DNA of 32,000 nt, from NCBI GenBank assembly GCA_934561515.1, contig CAKTGM010000018.1:1-32000 (forward strand), written 5' to 3'. A program made the position numbers and the translations under genes. Source of the DNA: an uncultured Oscillospiraceae bacterium. GTDB lineage: Bacteria; Bacillota; Clostridia; Oscillospirales; Oscillospiraceae. Below, in pieces: positions 16,000-25,118 of the stretch (the first letter of the stretch is position 1; each line of letters begins with the position of its first letter). The notes beneath the pieces were generated by a model that saw only the letters and a program-made list of their open reading frames with translations, made no database searches and was not told where the DNA came from.

Positions 16000-18654
16000 T
16001 TATTTCTTGAATTTCTTCAGCGTATCCGTGATGATGGTCTGCTTGAGGAGCACGCTGACCGCCACATAGACGACGCAGCCCACAACGCCCGTGAGACCGC
16101 ACTTGACGATAAGCATCAGCTTGCTGTCGTCCGCCGTGACGAGCAGCGCGTGTCCGCCGTAGAGCACGAGCGCCATCACCGCCGTGGCGGCAAGTCCCTT
16201 GAGGAGCGGGACGAGGCGCACGATCTTCGTGCCGCGGAAGAGCTGGATCGTCATGCAGAGCGCGCCGATGGTCAGCGCGAGCGAGGTCGCCAGCGCAACG
16301 CCGGTATCGGTGTAGAACACGCGGTTCAAAACAATGTTCAGCGCCAGCACGCCGAGGTTGATGAGCAGCGGCACGAGCGTCTTTTTCATCGCGTAGTAGG
16401 CCTTGTTCAGAAGGTCGAGCACGGCAAAGGCGCTCATGCCGAGCGCGTAGCGGGCAAAGATGCTGCCCGTCATCTCGGTCGACTCGGCGGTAAAGCTGCC
16501 GCTTTCAAAGATCACGCGGATGATGTCCGTGCCGAAGGCGCTCATCATCGCGCAGACCGGCAGGATGAAGAGCAGCGTATTTTCCGTCACGTTCCAGATG
16601 TAGCCGAGGTAGCCCTTTGAATCCTCCTTCGTGAACTCGCGGTTGAAGCGCGGGAACATGACCGCGCTGATGCTGTAGAGCACGCTCGTCGTCAGCGGGG
16701 TGAAGAGCTTGTCGGCATAGTAGAACGCGCTCACCGCGCTGTCGTTGAAGGCGGTGGCGGTCGCCGTGTCGATGAGGTAGCAGAAGAGGAAGACCGACGT
16801 TGTGAGCACCGTGACGAGCGCGGTCTTGAAGTAAGTGCCGACGTAGTCGGCCTTGCGGTCGAGCATCGGGCGGTAGAGATAGTGCTCCTTCTTCGCGTAA
16901 GGGATGCTCATGGCGAGCTGCAAAAGCCACGCGCAGGAGGACGCGATGACGACGCCCTTGATGCCCCACTTCGCCCCCAGCGTCACGAGGAAGACCGACA
17001 AAAACGCATTGTACGGGATGCTCATGCTGCCCTGCAATTCGTAGTGGTCGGTCGCCTGGAAGATGGCGACATTCAGATAGGCCGCCGCCACGACCGGCAG
17101 CGCGCAGGCCATGATGCGGATATACTCCGCAAGGCGCGGCAGCTCCGCAGCGTCAAGATCCCAGATCGTGCCGACAAGCGGCGTGGAGGCAAAGATCTGC
17201 CACAGGCCGACCGCCGCAAGAGAGGCAAGCAGCGTGATGGTCAGAAGATTGTTAGCCGCGCGCACGCCGCGCTTGCGGTCGGCGGCAAATTCCTTCGTCA
17301 GGATCGGCACCGCCGCGATGCACAATGCGTAGCACATCGTCGTAAAGAGGTAGAGCGTTGAATTATAGGACGCGGTGTAGAGGTCCGCGTCCACGCCCGT
17401 GCCGAAGATGTTGGCCTGCATCATTTCGCGCACCACGCCGAGCAGCTTTGCAAAGAGCGTGAGCAAAAAGACGATGCTGATCGCGCCCGCCGTGCGCACG
17501 CCGGACTTTTCCTTCTTTTCCGTGTTTTTCTGAGGTTCCTGCATGGTATCCTTTCCTGATTTCTCCATGATCGCGCAGATCATTTTCTCGTTGGTGTCAA
17601 GCTTTCTCGAAAGCTCCGCCATGTGCGCCTCAACGCACCGCACCTGCTCCTCCCCCGTTTTGAGCACGCGCTCCGCCTCGCTTTCAAAGCACTCGGCGGT
17701 GAAGGTCTCGCGCGTGCTGAGCTTATCGAGGCCCACGGAGTTCAAAAACGCCGTGCACTTGGGGTCGTAGGAAATGCCGATGAGCGGCACGCCCATGATG
17801 GCGGCATAGATGAGCGAATGCAGGCGCACGCCCACGAGCAGATCCATGTTGCCGATAATGGAGAGCATATCCTCCGAGAGATATTTTTCATTGAGGCACA
17901 CCGCCGTGTCGCCGGGGAGCTGAGAGGCGATGTGGCGGCAGACCTCGCCGTCCTCCTCGTAGTGGAAGGGGATGAGCACGGACTGGGCGTTGTACTCCTC
18001 CTTGAGCCAGCGGATGGACTTTACGATCTCCGCTGCGAAGCGCCCGTCCTTGTCCCTCTCGCGGATGGCCCAGCCGACGGTCAGCCGTCCGCCGAGCGTC
18101 ACGCCCGCCTTCTGCAAAATCTCCGCGCCGACGTCGCCGCCGGGCTTTTTCATGCGGATGACGGGGTCGGCCGTGATGACGACCTTCTCCCGCGCGATGC
18201 CGATCTCCTCCAGCAGCAGCGCCGAGCGCTCGTCGCGCACAACGATGCCGTCCGCCTTCTTGAGCACCTTCGCCGCGGCGCGGCGGTTGCCTGGGCGGTC
18301 GATGGGGCCGATGCCCTGGGAGTAGATGAAGACCTTCTTGCGGAAAAACTGCGCACAGCGGATGATCGAGAGGTAATAGTGCAGGCTCTTGCTGCTCGTC
18401 ACGTCCTGCAAGAGACTGCCGCCGCCGGAGATGAGCATATCGCACTTTTTCACCGCGCGCAGAATCGCCATCGGCGACATCCGCTCCACTGCCTCCACGC
18501 CGTACTTTTCGCGCGTAGAGGCCGGGTTGTGCGAGAGCACCGTGAGCGAGCAGCCGGGGATGTGCTCGCGCAGCGAGGAGACGAGCGTGCGCAGAATGGA
18601 CTCGTCGCCGATGTTATCGAAGCCGTAATAGCCCGAGATCAGGATGTTATACAT
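16000..18654 (-). CDS. csaB-murJ: Fusion protein: N-terminal polysaccharide pyruvyltransferase CsaB and C-terminal MurJ/MviN-type MOP flippase
   Basis: 884 aa from the ATG at 18654. The N-terminus MYNILISGYYGFDNIGDESIL is the CsaB signature. From about residue 440 a polytopic domain starts with LFAKLLGVVREMMQANIFGTGVDADLY, a MurJ-like N-terminus. There is no stop between the halves. The track's extra 54 N-terminal aa were discarded. Confidence 0.8.
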   Translation of the reverse strand: MYNILISGYYGFDNIGDESILRTLVSSLREHIPGCSLTVLSHNPASTREKYGVEAVERMSPMAILRAVKKCDMLISGGGSLLQDVTSSKSLHYYLSIIRCAQFFRKKVFIYSQGIGPIDRPGNRRAAAKVLKKADGIVVRDERSALLLEEIGIAREKVVITADPVIRMKKPGGDVGAEILQKAGVTLGGRLTVGWAIRERDKDGRFAAEIVKSIRWLKEEYNAQSVLIPFHYEEDGEVCRHIASQLPGDTAVCLNEKYLSEDMLSIIGNMDLLVGVRLHSLIYAAIMGVPLIGISYDPKCTAFLNSVGLDKLSTRETFTAECFESEAERVLKTGEEQVRCVEAHMAELSRKLDTNEKMICAIMEKSGKDTMQEPQKNTEKKEKSGVRTAGAISIVFLLTLFAKLLGVVREMMQANIFGTGVDADLYTASYNSTLYLFTTMCYALCIAAVPILTKEFAADRKRGVRAANNLLTITLLASLAAVGLWQIFASTPLVGTIWDLDAAELPRLAEYIRIMACALPVVAAAYLNVAIFQATDHYELQGSMSIPYNAFLSVFLVTLGAKWGIKGVVIASSCAWLLQLAMSIPYAKKEHYLYRPMLDRKADYVGTYFKTALVTVLTTSVFLFCYLIDTATATAFNDSAVSAFYYADKLFTPLTTSVLYSISAVMFPRFNREFTKEDSKGYLGYIWNVTENTLLFILPVCAMMSAFGTDIIRVIFESGSFTAESTEMTGSIFARYALGMSAFAVLDLLNKAYYAMKKTLVPLLINLGVLALNIVLNRVFYTDTGVALATSLALTIGALCMTIQLFRGTKIVRLVPLLKGLAATAVMALVLYGGHALLVTADDSKLMLIVKCGLTGVVGCVVYVAVSVLLKQTIITDTLKKFKK

Positions 18655-20830
18655 TTTCCACCCCGCAGATCCTGCGCACAAGGCGGTAGATGAGCTCCGC
18701 GGCCGCCACGGCCGCAAGGCCGATGAGAAGGCCGAAGAGCACGCCCCAGCCGGTGCGCAGCAGGCTGAGCAGGAAGGGCGTTCTGATGTGCAGGAAGGTG
18801 TTGACCACGCTGACAAGGCCGATGCTCATCCCCATGCCGAAGACCATGGGCAGGAACTTCATTCCGCGGCGCAGCGACCAGACAAAGAGCATCAGCATCG
18901 GCCAGCCGACGATCATCTCCTTCGTGCGCGGACGGGCGATGAGCGTATTTTCGAGGAAGTTGCGGAAGGCAAGCTCCGTCTCAGACGTGGTGGTGGAGTT
19001 GCCCGTGCGGTACATATAGTAGACAAATACCAGCATCATGAAGACTGCCGCCACCGCGATGACCACGACCGCCACGAACCAGCCGAGCTGCATCGGCGTT
19101 TCGAGCTTCTGCGCGAGGTAGGCGTTGAAGCGCTTGACGCGCCCCTTCTCGCCGCGCTTGCCCGTATGGGCCAGCACCGCCTCGCGCGCCCCTGTTTCCT
19201 CGTAGGCGAATACGATCAGGTAAGCGAGGATAAAGATCCCGATGGGGATGAGCTGCATGATCTTCACGCCGCGGTAAAGCTCCATCTCGATCATGTAGGA
19301 GAGCTGCGAGAGCGCGGAGGTCGCGAGCAGCGAGCCGCAGAAGGCGGTGAGAATAGTCAGAACAGAAATGCCGAGCGTATAGCCAAGGAGCTTTCCAAAG
19401 CGCACGCGCGGCTCGCTCCTTCTCTTTTCCATCAGCACGCGGCAGAGGCCCACCGCCGCGAGCGACGGCATCACAATGCCGCCGGACATCGAAAGCAGCA
19501 GGCGGAAGAGCGAGGGCCTCAGCACGCTGAGCGCGGCAAAGCCCAGCACGCCGAGCGCCAGGAGGATCGTGCGCCAGCGCGCGCCGATGTGGAAAAAGAG
19601 GTCAAAGAGCAGCACCAGCAGCGCCGCCGTGCCAACGCTCTGCACAAGACGCAGCGCCGTGGGCGGCGTTTTCAGCGCCATCGCGGGCACTGTGCCGCGC
19701 GTATAGCCGAGGGGGGCAAGGCGCGCGTCAAGGTCCTTGAGCATCTTTTCATAGTCGGCAGGATCGGTCACATAGGTCCATTCCTTCTCGTCCGCGTCCC
19801 AGCTCACGTCGTTGTCCGGCTCTAAGATCATCTTGAGGTAGACGACCTTGCAGTTGCGCTCTGCGATGGCGCGGAAGAAGCTGTTGGTGATCTCCTCCGG
19901 GCCCTCGTAGCCGCAGTACTGGTAGCGGTTCTGGATATAGGCCCACTCGTTGAAGACGCGGATGCCGTGGTAGCCCGTCTCGTCGAGCAGGTCTTCAATG
20001 CCCGGCCAGGTGAGGTTGAGGCTCTGGTCGTTCTGCTCCATCATGGCGATGCTCGCGCCGCTCTCGTTGAGATACTGCACGAGCATATCCCAGCCCTCGT
20101 CGCTCTCGTAGCCGACAAGCTCCTTGCCGCTGTTCATGAAGTAGGGCGCATCATAATGTCTGAGCACATCGATGTAGGCCGCCGCAAACTTTGTGCCGTT
20201 CATGTCCTTTTGTGTCACGGTGCGCGGAATGATCTCGTAGCCGTGGCGTTCGAGCAGCGCCGCCGTGTCAGGCCAGATGCCGAGGCAAAGGTCGAGCAGC
20301 TTTTCGCCCTTCATGCCGTTTTTCTGTTGCTGGATGAAGAGAAAGCCGTGCTCGCCTTCAAGATAGGTCCTGGCCTCAAAATCTTCAAAGCGGGCGTTGT
20401 AGGCGTCGAGGAGCCACTCGTAGCCCGCCGCCGTCTCGGTCCAGATGAGGCAGTCGCTCACGTCGGTGCTCTCGCGCAGCCACGCAGCGACCTCGGCGGG
20501 GTAACGATCCTCCCAGCCGTAGTTTTCCATCGCCTTTTTTACGGTCATCGCGTGCACGGGGATGGCCGCGCTCTGGTGCAGGTCGAGCGCGCTTGCCTCG
20601 CCGAGCGCCGCCTTTTCCACGCCGAGCGAGCGGAACAGGTCGAGCCATTCATCCTCGCTCAGCTCGGACTGGCGCGCCATGGCGCGCAGGCTCGCGTAGT
20701 CGAGCACGCAGTCATAATATTTGTTGTTCTCCTCGGTCTGCACGCGCCCGGCGATCGGCACGAGCGAAACGAGCAGCGCCAGCAGCGCCAGCAGCACGAG
20801 CAGCTTGTCTTTTTTCAGAAACCTTTTCAT
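18647..20830 (-). CDS. Large uncharacterised membrane protein: signal-anchor, a soluble domain of about 380 aa, and a C-terminal polytopic domain. Possibly DUF5693-like, by recall only
   Basis: 727 aa from the ATG at 20830 (MKRFLKKDKLLVLLALLALL) after GGAGA. The C-terminal third has about 8 hydrophobic helices. Its stop overlaps the csaB-murJ start by 8 nt. Confidence 0.6.
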   Translation of the reverse strand: MKRFLKKDKLLVLLALLALLVSLVPIAGRVQTEENNKYYDCVLDYASLRAMARQSELSEDEWLDLFRSLGVEKAALGEASALDLHQSAAIPVHAMTVKKAMENYGWEDRYPAEVAAWLRESTDVSDCLIWTETAAGYEWLLDAYNARFEDFEARTYLEGEHGFLFIQQQKNGMKGEKLLDLCLGIWPDTAALLERHGYEIIPRTVTQKDMNGTKFAAAYIDVLRHYDAPYFMNSGKELVGYESDEGWDMLVQYLNESGASIAMMEQNDQSLNLTWPGIEDLLDETGYHGIRVFNEWAYIQNRYQYCGYEGPEEITNSFFRAIAERNCKVVYLKMILEPDNDVSWDADEKEWTYVTDPADYEKMLKDLDARLAPLGYTRGTVPAMALKTPPTALRLVQSVGTAALLVLLFDLFFHIGARWRTILLALGVLGFAALSVLRPSLFRLLLSMSGGIVMPSLAAVGLCRVLMEKRRSEPRVRFGKLLGYTLGISVLTILTAFCGSLLATSALSQLSYMIEMELYRGVKIMQLIPIGIFILAYLIVFAYEETGAREAVLAHTGKRGEKGRVKRFNAYLAQKLETPMQLGWFVAVVVIAVAAVFMMLVFVYYMYRTGNSTTTSETELAFRNFLENTLIARPRTKEMIVGWPMLMLFVWSLRRGMKFLPMVFGMGMSIGLVSVVNTFLHIRTPFLLSLLRTGWGVLFGLLIGLAAVAAAELIYRLVRRICGVENV

Positions 20831-20866
20831 TGGCAGTTCTCCTTCTGCGCCCACGCGCAGGGTATT

Positions 20867-21469
20867 TTAGAGTGTATCGAGCGCCACCGGCTCGCCGATG
20901 GCCTTGGCATAGGCATAGATCTTTGCAACATCCTCGATGTATTCCGCGCGCAGGTAGGCCTGCGCAAGATCGCTCCCCACGGCGAGCACGCCATGGTTTG
21001 CAAGCGTGCAGCCGCCGCGCTCAAAAAGCGCGGGCACGGCGTTCAGCCCCACCTCTTTCGTTCCGGGCGTGGCATAGTCCGCGCAGCGGATGTCGCCGCC
21101 TAAGAAGACGCGCGCCTCGATCAGAACGGCCGGGATGCTTTGTCTCACCACGGCAAAAGCCGTGGCATAGGGCGAATGGGTGTGAAAAACGGCGTTCGTC
21201 TCGCCGTAGGCTTCGTACACCGCCGCGTGCAGCCGCCACTCGCTCGACGGCTGCAAGGCGCCCTCGAGCACCGTACCGTCGAGCTTCATGCGCACAATGT
21301 CCTGCGCGCGCAGCACGTCGTAGCGCACGGAGGTCGGCGTGATGAGCATTTCATCGGGCGCGACGCGGCAGCTCATGTTGCCGCTCGTGCCGGAAAAGAG
21401 GCCCTGACGGAAGGCCTCGAGCGATTTGTCCACGATCTCCTGACGGAGAATGTCCAGCTTTTGTTCCAT
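20867..21469 (-). CDS. Class II aldolase/adducin-family protein (FucA/MtnB/Ald2-like)
   Basis: 200 aa with the motifs SGNMS, PSSE, HTHS and ANHG. Its start codon directly abuts the stop of the upstream isomerase gene. Confidence 0.8.
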   Translation of the reverse strand: MEQKLDILRQEIVDKSLEAFRQGLFSGTSGNMSCRVAPDEMLITPTSVRYDVLRAQDIVRMKLDGTVLEGALQPSSEWRLHAAVYEAYGETNAVFHTHSPYATAFAVVRQSIPAVLIEARVFLGGDIRCADYATPGTKEVGLNAVPALFERGGCTLANHGVLAVGSDLAQAYLRAEYIEDVAKIYAYAKAIGEPVALDTL

Positions 21470-22534
21470 TTAAATCACCAGATTGTCCTTGCCGATGCTG
21501 CCGTTTTCAAAATAGCGGTGCAGGTCGTAAGGAGAGTAGATGCCAAGGTCGGTCACAACGCCCGAGACGAGGTGCGGGGGCGTGATGTCAAAGGCGGGAT
21601 AGTAGCCCTTCACGCCCTCCATCGCCGTGCGCACGCCCATGGCCTGAAGCGTAAAGTTCGGATCGCGCATCTCGATGTGGACGCTCTCCACCGTGTCATG
21701 TCCCTGATCGGGCGCGCCGGTGACGAAGTACGGAATGCCCATGTACTTGGCGACGATGGCATTCTGGAAGGTGCCGACCTTATTGACAACGTGACCGTCG
21801 CAGCAGATGGCGTCCGCCGCCGTGGTGAAAACGTCGACCTTTTCGTTCTGCATGACAAAGGCCGCCATATTGTCAGAGATGACCGTCACATCAAAACCCA
21901 TGTCATGGCAGACAGACGCCGTGAGGCGCGCGCCCTGAAAATACGGGCGCGTTTCGGGGCAGAAAAGGCGGATGTTCTTGCCGCGATTCCTGCACTCGCG
22001 CAGCATCGTGCCGACGATGGTTTCGGCAAAGCAGTGCGTCATCACCGTGCCGTTGTCGGGAAACATATCGACTAAATACGCTCCGATCTTCGCCATGCGC
22101 TCATAGCGCACATTGTTGAGCGCGATCGTCTTATTCCTGATGGCCTCGGCCACGTTCTCCCCCGCCGAAAGCGCGCGCTCTGCTTCCTTGAGGCAGATGT
22201 CGCAGAGGAGTCCCATGCGCTTTTGCGTCGTGGGGCGGGCGTGGGAGATGGTATACGCCGCCTTTCTGAGATATTCCATCTGCTCACTCGCCGTTTTGCC
22301 GCGGCATTCCCATGCTGCGAGCGCCATGCCCATCGGCACGGCGGTGTAGGGGCCCGCGCTCTGCGTCACCATATCGGTGATGGCCTGCGCGACCTCGCCA
22401 TGCGTGCGGCAGGTGACAAATTCGACCTTTGCAGGGTAGACGCGCCGGTCTAAAATGCGCACCTCGCCGTTTTCAAACCACGCGACGTTCTCGTAGCGCA
22501 GCAAAAAGGCAAGGTCTTTATCCGCTCTCTCCAT
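21470..22534 (-). CDS. mtnA: S-methyl-5-thioribose-1-phosphate isomerase-like protein (eIF-2B alpha/beta/delta family)
   Basis: 354 aa with an IF-2B/MtnA-like layout (ILDRRVYP... VTQSAGPY... VVNKVGT). It lies between a deaminase and a class II aldolase. Confidence 0.7.
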   Translation of the reverse strand: MERADKDLAFLLRYENVAWFENGEVRILDRRVYPAKVEFVTCRTHGEVAQAITDMVTQSAGPYTAVPMGMALAAWECRGKTASEQMEYLRKAAYTISHARPTTQKRMGLLCDICLKEAERALSAGENVAEAIRNKTIALNNVRYERMAKIGAYLVDMFPDNGTVMTHCFAETIVGTMLRECRNRGKNIRLFCPETRPYFQGARLTASVCHDMGFDVTVISDNMAAFVMQNEKVDVFTTAADAICCDGHVVNKVGTFQNAIVAKYMGIPYFVTGAPDQGHDTVESVHIEMRDPNFTLQAMGVRTAMEGVKGYYPAFDITPPHLVSGVVTDLGIYSPYDLHRYFENGSIGKDNLVI

Positions 22535-22546
22535 ATTTCTTCTCTC

Positions 22547-23851
22547 TCACTTTCTATAAAGGCGCTCCACGGCGCGCTCCATGTCGGCGCGCACCTTTTG
22601 CGCGTCCAACGTCCTGAATTCGCCGTTTTCATACAGGATATTGCCATCCACCATCGTCATGCACACGTCGCCCGCCTGCGCAGAGCAGGTAAGAAGCGCC
22701 GCCGTGTCGAAGTTGGGGTAGAGGTGGGGCTTCGACAGATCAAGGGCGATGATGTCGGCCTTTTTCCCGACGGCGAGCACACCCGTGTCGCCGCGTCCCT
22801 GGAGCTTTGCGCCGTTGACCGTCGCCATGTCGAGCACCTCGCTCGTTGAGATGAGCGTGGGGTCGTTGTGGTAGCCGTCGTGCATGATCTCGGCAAGGTG
22901 CATCTCCTCGAACATATTGAGGTTGTTGTTGCTGGCCGTGCCGTCGGTGCCGAGGGTGACGTTGATACCCTTGTCCAGCATGGCACGAATAGGCGCAAAG
23001 CCGCTGCCGAGCTTCAGGTTCGACGTGGGGTTATGGATGACGCTCACGCCGTGCGCCTTCAGAATGTCCATGTCGCTCTCCGTCACGGCGACGCAGTGCG
23101 CCGCCGCCGTGGGCGAATCAAAGGTGCCGAGGGACTCGAACCACTCCGCCGGCGTCTTGCCGTAGCGCTCGATGCACTCGCGCTGCTCGCGCGCAGTCTC
23201 GGAAAGGTGGATGTGCATCCGCCCGCCCCTTTCGCGGCAGAGCGCGCTGTAGGCCTTCACGATATGGCTCTTGCAGGTATATTCCGCATGGACGGAAAAA
23301 TCGATGCGGATACGCCCGTCCGCCGCGCCGTGGTACTTTTCAAAGAGCGCGAGCGACTCGGGGATCTGCGTGTTCTGCTCCACGGTCTGGTTTTCGTCAA
23401 AGCACTGCACGCAGCGGTTCAGGTTCGCCTTGATGCCCGCCTCCTCCACCGCCCGAACCGTTTCCTCGGGGAAGAAGTACATATCGGAAAAGCTCGTCGT
23501 GCCGCCCGCGATCATCTCAAGGAGGGCAAAGCGGCTCGCCGCGGCGATGTCCTCGCGCACGAGCCTGTCCTCGATAGGGAAGATCGCCTTGAAGAGCCAG
23601 TCCTGCAGCGGCAGTCCGCTGCCGATGCCGCGCATGAGCGTCATGGCGATGTGGCTGTGGCAGTTGATAAGTCCCGGAGCAAGGAGCTTGCCGGTCATGT
23701 TTTTCTCGCAGTCGTAGGCAGCGGCGGGGCGCGCCGTGCCGATGTAATCGATCTTATTTTCGTTGATGCCCAGATGCGCACCGCGCAGCGTTTCATAGCC
23801 GCCGCCGTCCTTGCGCAGCAGGATATCTGCATTTGTCAGCAGTGTTCTCAC
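22547..23851 (-). CDS. mtaD: Amidohydrolase, 5'-methylthioadenosine / S-adenosylhomocysteine / 5'-deoxyadenosine deaminase type
   Basis: About 434 aa with the metal-binding HSH motif (LINCHSHIAMTLMRG) and a later HLSE motif. The preferred start is the GTG at 23851, 7 nt after GGAGG. The track ATG at 23872 would place that RBS inside the ORF. Confidence 0.7.
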   Translation of the reverse strand: MRTLLTNADILLRKDGGGYETLRGAHLGINENKIDYIGTARPAAAYDCEKNMTGKLLAPGLINCHSHIAMTLMRGIGSGLPLQDWLFKAIFPIEDRLVREDIAAASRFALLEMIAGGTTSFSDMYFFPEETVRAVEEAGIKANLNRCVQCFDENQTVEQNTQIPESLALFEKYHGAADGRIRIDFSVHAEYTCKSHIVKAYSALCRERGGRMHIHLSETAREQRECIERYGKTPAEWFESLGTFDSPTAAAHCVAVTESDMDILKAHGVSVIHNPTSNLKLGSGFAPIRAMLDKGINVTLGTDGTASNNNLNMFEEMHLAEIMHDGYHNDPTLISTSEVLDMATVNGAKLQGRGDTGVLAVGKKADIIALDLSKPHLYPNFDTAALLTCSAQAGDVCMTMVDGNILYENGEFRTLDAQKVRADMERAVERLYRK

Positions 23852-24004
23852 GAAAGGGCCTCCTATCTGCATTTTATCTCATTGTGCAGTCTAACACGCA
23901 CGTTCTCAGATTGCAACGGGCAAAAACACGAAGATGCGCTGCTCCCCCGTTCTTATCGCCAATTTTTCTCCGTTTTACGGTCGGAAATCCTTCATTTCTA
24001 ACCA

Positions 24005-24033
24005 TTGTAAATCATAATATACATGATTATAAT
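24005..24033 (+). promoter_or_regulatory. asnA promoter embedded in an imperfect palindrome
   Basis: TTGTAA, 17 nt spacer, TATAAT. It is overlapped by the inverted repeat ACCATT..ATCAT / ATGAT..AATGGT (24001-24036). Confidence 0.5.
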
Positions 24034-24066
24034 GGTTGTATATTATTTAATAAGGAGTGAGACCCG

Positions 24067-25074
24067 ATGAGTAAGTCCTACATCCCTCAGAACTATCACA
24101 CCCCGCTGTCCGTTTACGAAATGCAGCGCGCCATTGAATTCATCAAGAGTAATTTTCAGGTGAATCTGAGCAATGCGCTCAATCTGCGCCGGGTCTCCGC
24201 CCCGCTGTTCGTGGATGAAAATTCCGGTCTGAACGACAACCTCAACGGCGTGGAGCGTCCCGTCTCCTTTGATATCCCCGATGTCGGCGCCAACGCGCAG
24301 GTCGTGCAGTCGCTTGCCAAGTGGAAGCGCCTTGCGCTCAAGCGCTACGAGTTCAATGTCGGCAAGGGTCTCTTCACCGATATGAACGCCATCCGCCGCG
24401 ACGAGGAGGTCGACAACCTCCACTCCATCTACGTTGACCAGTGGGACTGGGAGAAGGTCATCTCCGCGGACGACCGCAGCGTTGAATACCTCAAGCGCAC
24501 CGTGCGCGACATCGTCGGCGCGATCAGCGAGACGAGCGACGCGCTGAACATCGCCTTCCCCTCCCTGCGCACCAAGCTCGGCCGCGACGTCTTCTTCATC
24601 ACCACGCAGGAGCTTGAGGACATCTACCCCTGCCTGACGCCCAAGCAGCGCGAGGACGCGATCTGCCGGGAGAAGGGCATTGTCTTCATCATGCAGATCG
24701 GCAAGGTCCTCAAGTCCGGCATCAAGCACGACGGCCGCGCGCCCGACTATGACGACTGGGAACTCAACGGCGACATTCTCTACTGGAACGACGTCCTCGG
24801 CCACGCCTTCGAGATCTCCTCGATGGGCATCCGCGTTGACCCCGAGTCGCTCGACGCGCAGCTCACGCTCGCAGGCTGCGACGACCGCCGCGCGCTTCCC
24901 TTCCACAAGATGCTGCTTGCTGGCGAGCTGCCGCTGACGATGGGCGGCGGCATCGGCCAGAGCCGGCTTTGCATGCTGCTCATCGGCACGGCGCACATCG
25001 GCGAGGTGCAGGCCTCCCTCTGGGACGCCGATACCCGCAAAATGTGCGAGGAGGCAGGCGTGCTGCTGCTGTAA
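24067..25074 (+). CDS. asnA: Aspartate--ammonia ligase (asparagine synthetase A)
   Basis: 335 aa with class II aaRS-like AsnA sequence throughout (RVSAPLFV..., DQWDWEKVI, GGGIGQSRLCMLL). A AAGGAG RBS is present. Confidence 0.93.
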   Translation: MSKSYIPQNYHTPLSVYEMQRAIEFIKSNFQVNLSNALNLRRVSAPLFVDENSGLNDNLNGVERPVSFDIPDVGANAQVVQSLAKWKRLALKRYEFNVGKGLFTDMNAIRRDEEVDNLHSIYVDQWDWEKVISADDRSVEYLKRTVRDIVGAISETSDALNIAFPSLRTKLGRDVFFITTQELEDIYPCLTPKQREDAICREKGIVFIMQIGKVLKSGIKHDGRAPDYDDWELNGDILYWNDVLGHAFEISSMGIRVDPESLDAQLTLAGCDDRRALPFHKMLLAGELPLTMGGGIGQSRLCMLLIGTAHIGEVQASLWDADTRKMCEEAGVLLL

Positions 25075-25083
25075 TTTCAAAAA

Positions 25084-25118
25084 AGAGGGGCTTTCCGTCT
25101 GGAAAGTCCCTCTTTTTT
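25084..25118. terminator. asnA terminator (bidirectional shape)
   Basis: Stem AGAGGGGCTTTCC / GGAAAGTCCCTCT followed by TTTTTT and preceded by AAAA. Confidence 0.8.

Noticed and set aside
17623-21103. A series of long plus-strand ORFs (17623-18693, 18644-19825, 19967-21103)
   Set aside because: All are antisense to the csaB-murJ fusion and the large membrane protein. They have His/Arg/Asp/Glu-rich junk composition typical of GC-rich shadow frames.
21140-24001. Plus-strand ORFs 21140-22075 and 22868-24001
   Set aside because: They are antisense to the aldolase/isomerase and deaminase genes, with no RBS and no motifs.
24043-25080. 345-aa minus-strand ORF opposite asnA
   Set aside because: The plus-strand frame is an unmistakable AsnA. 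The minus ORF is a shadow.
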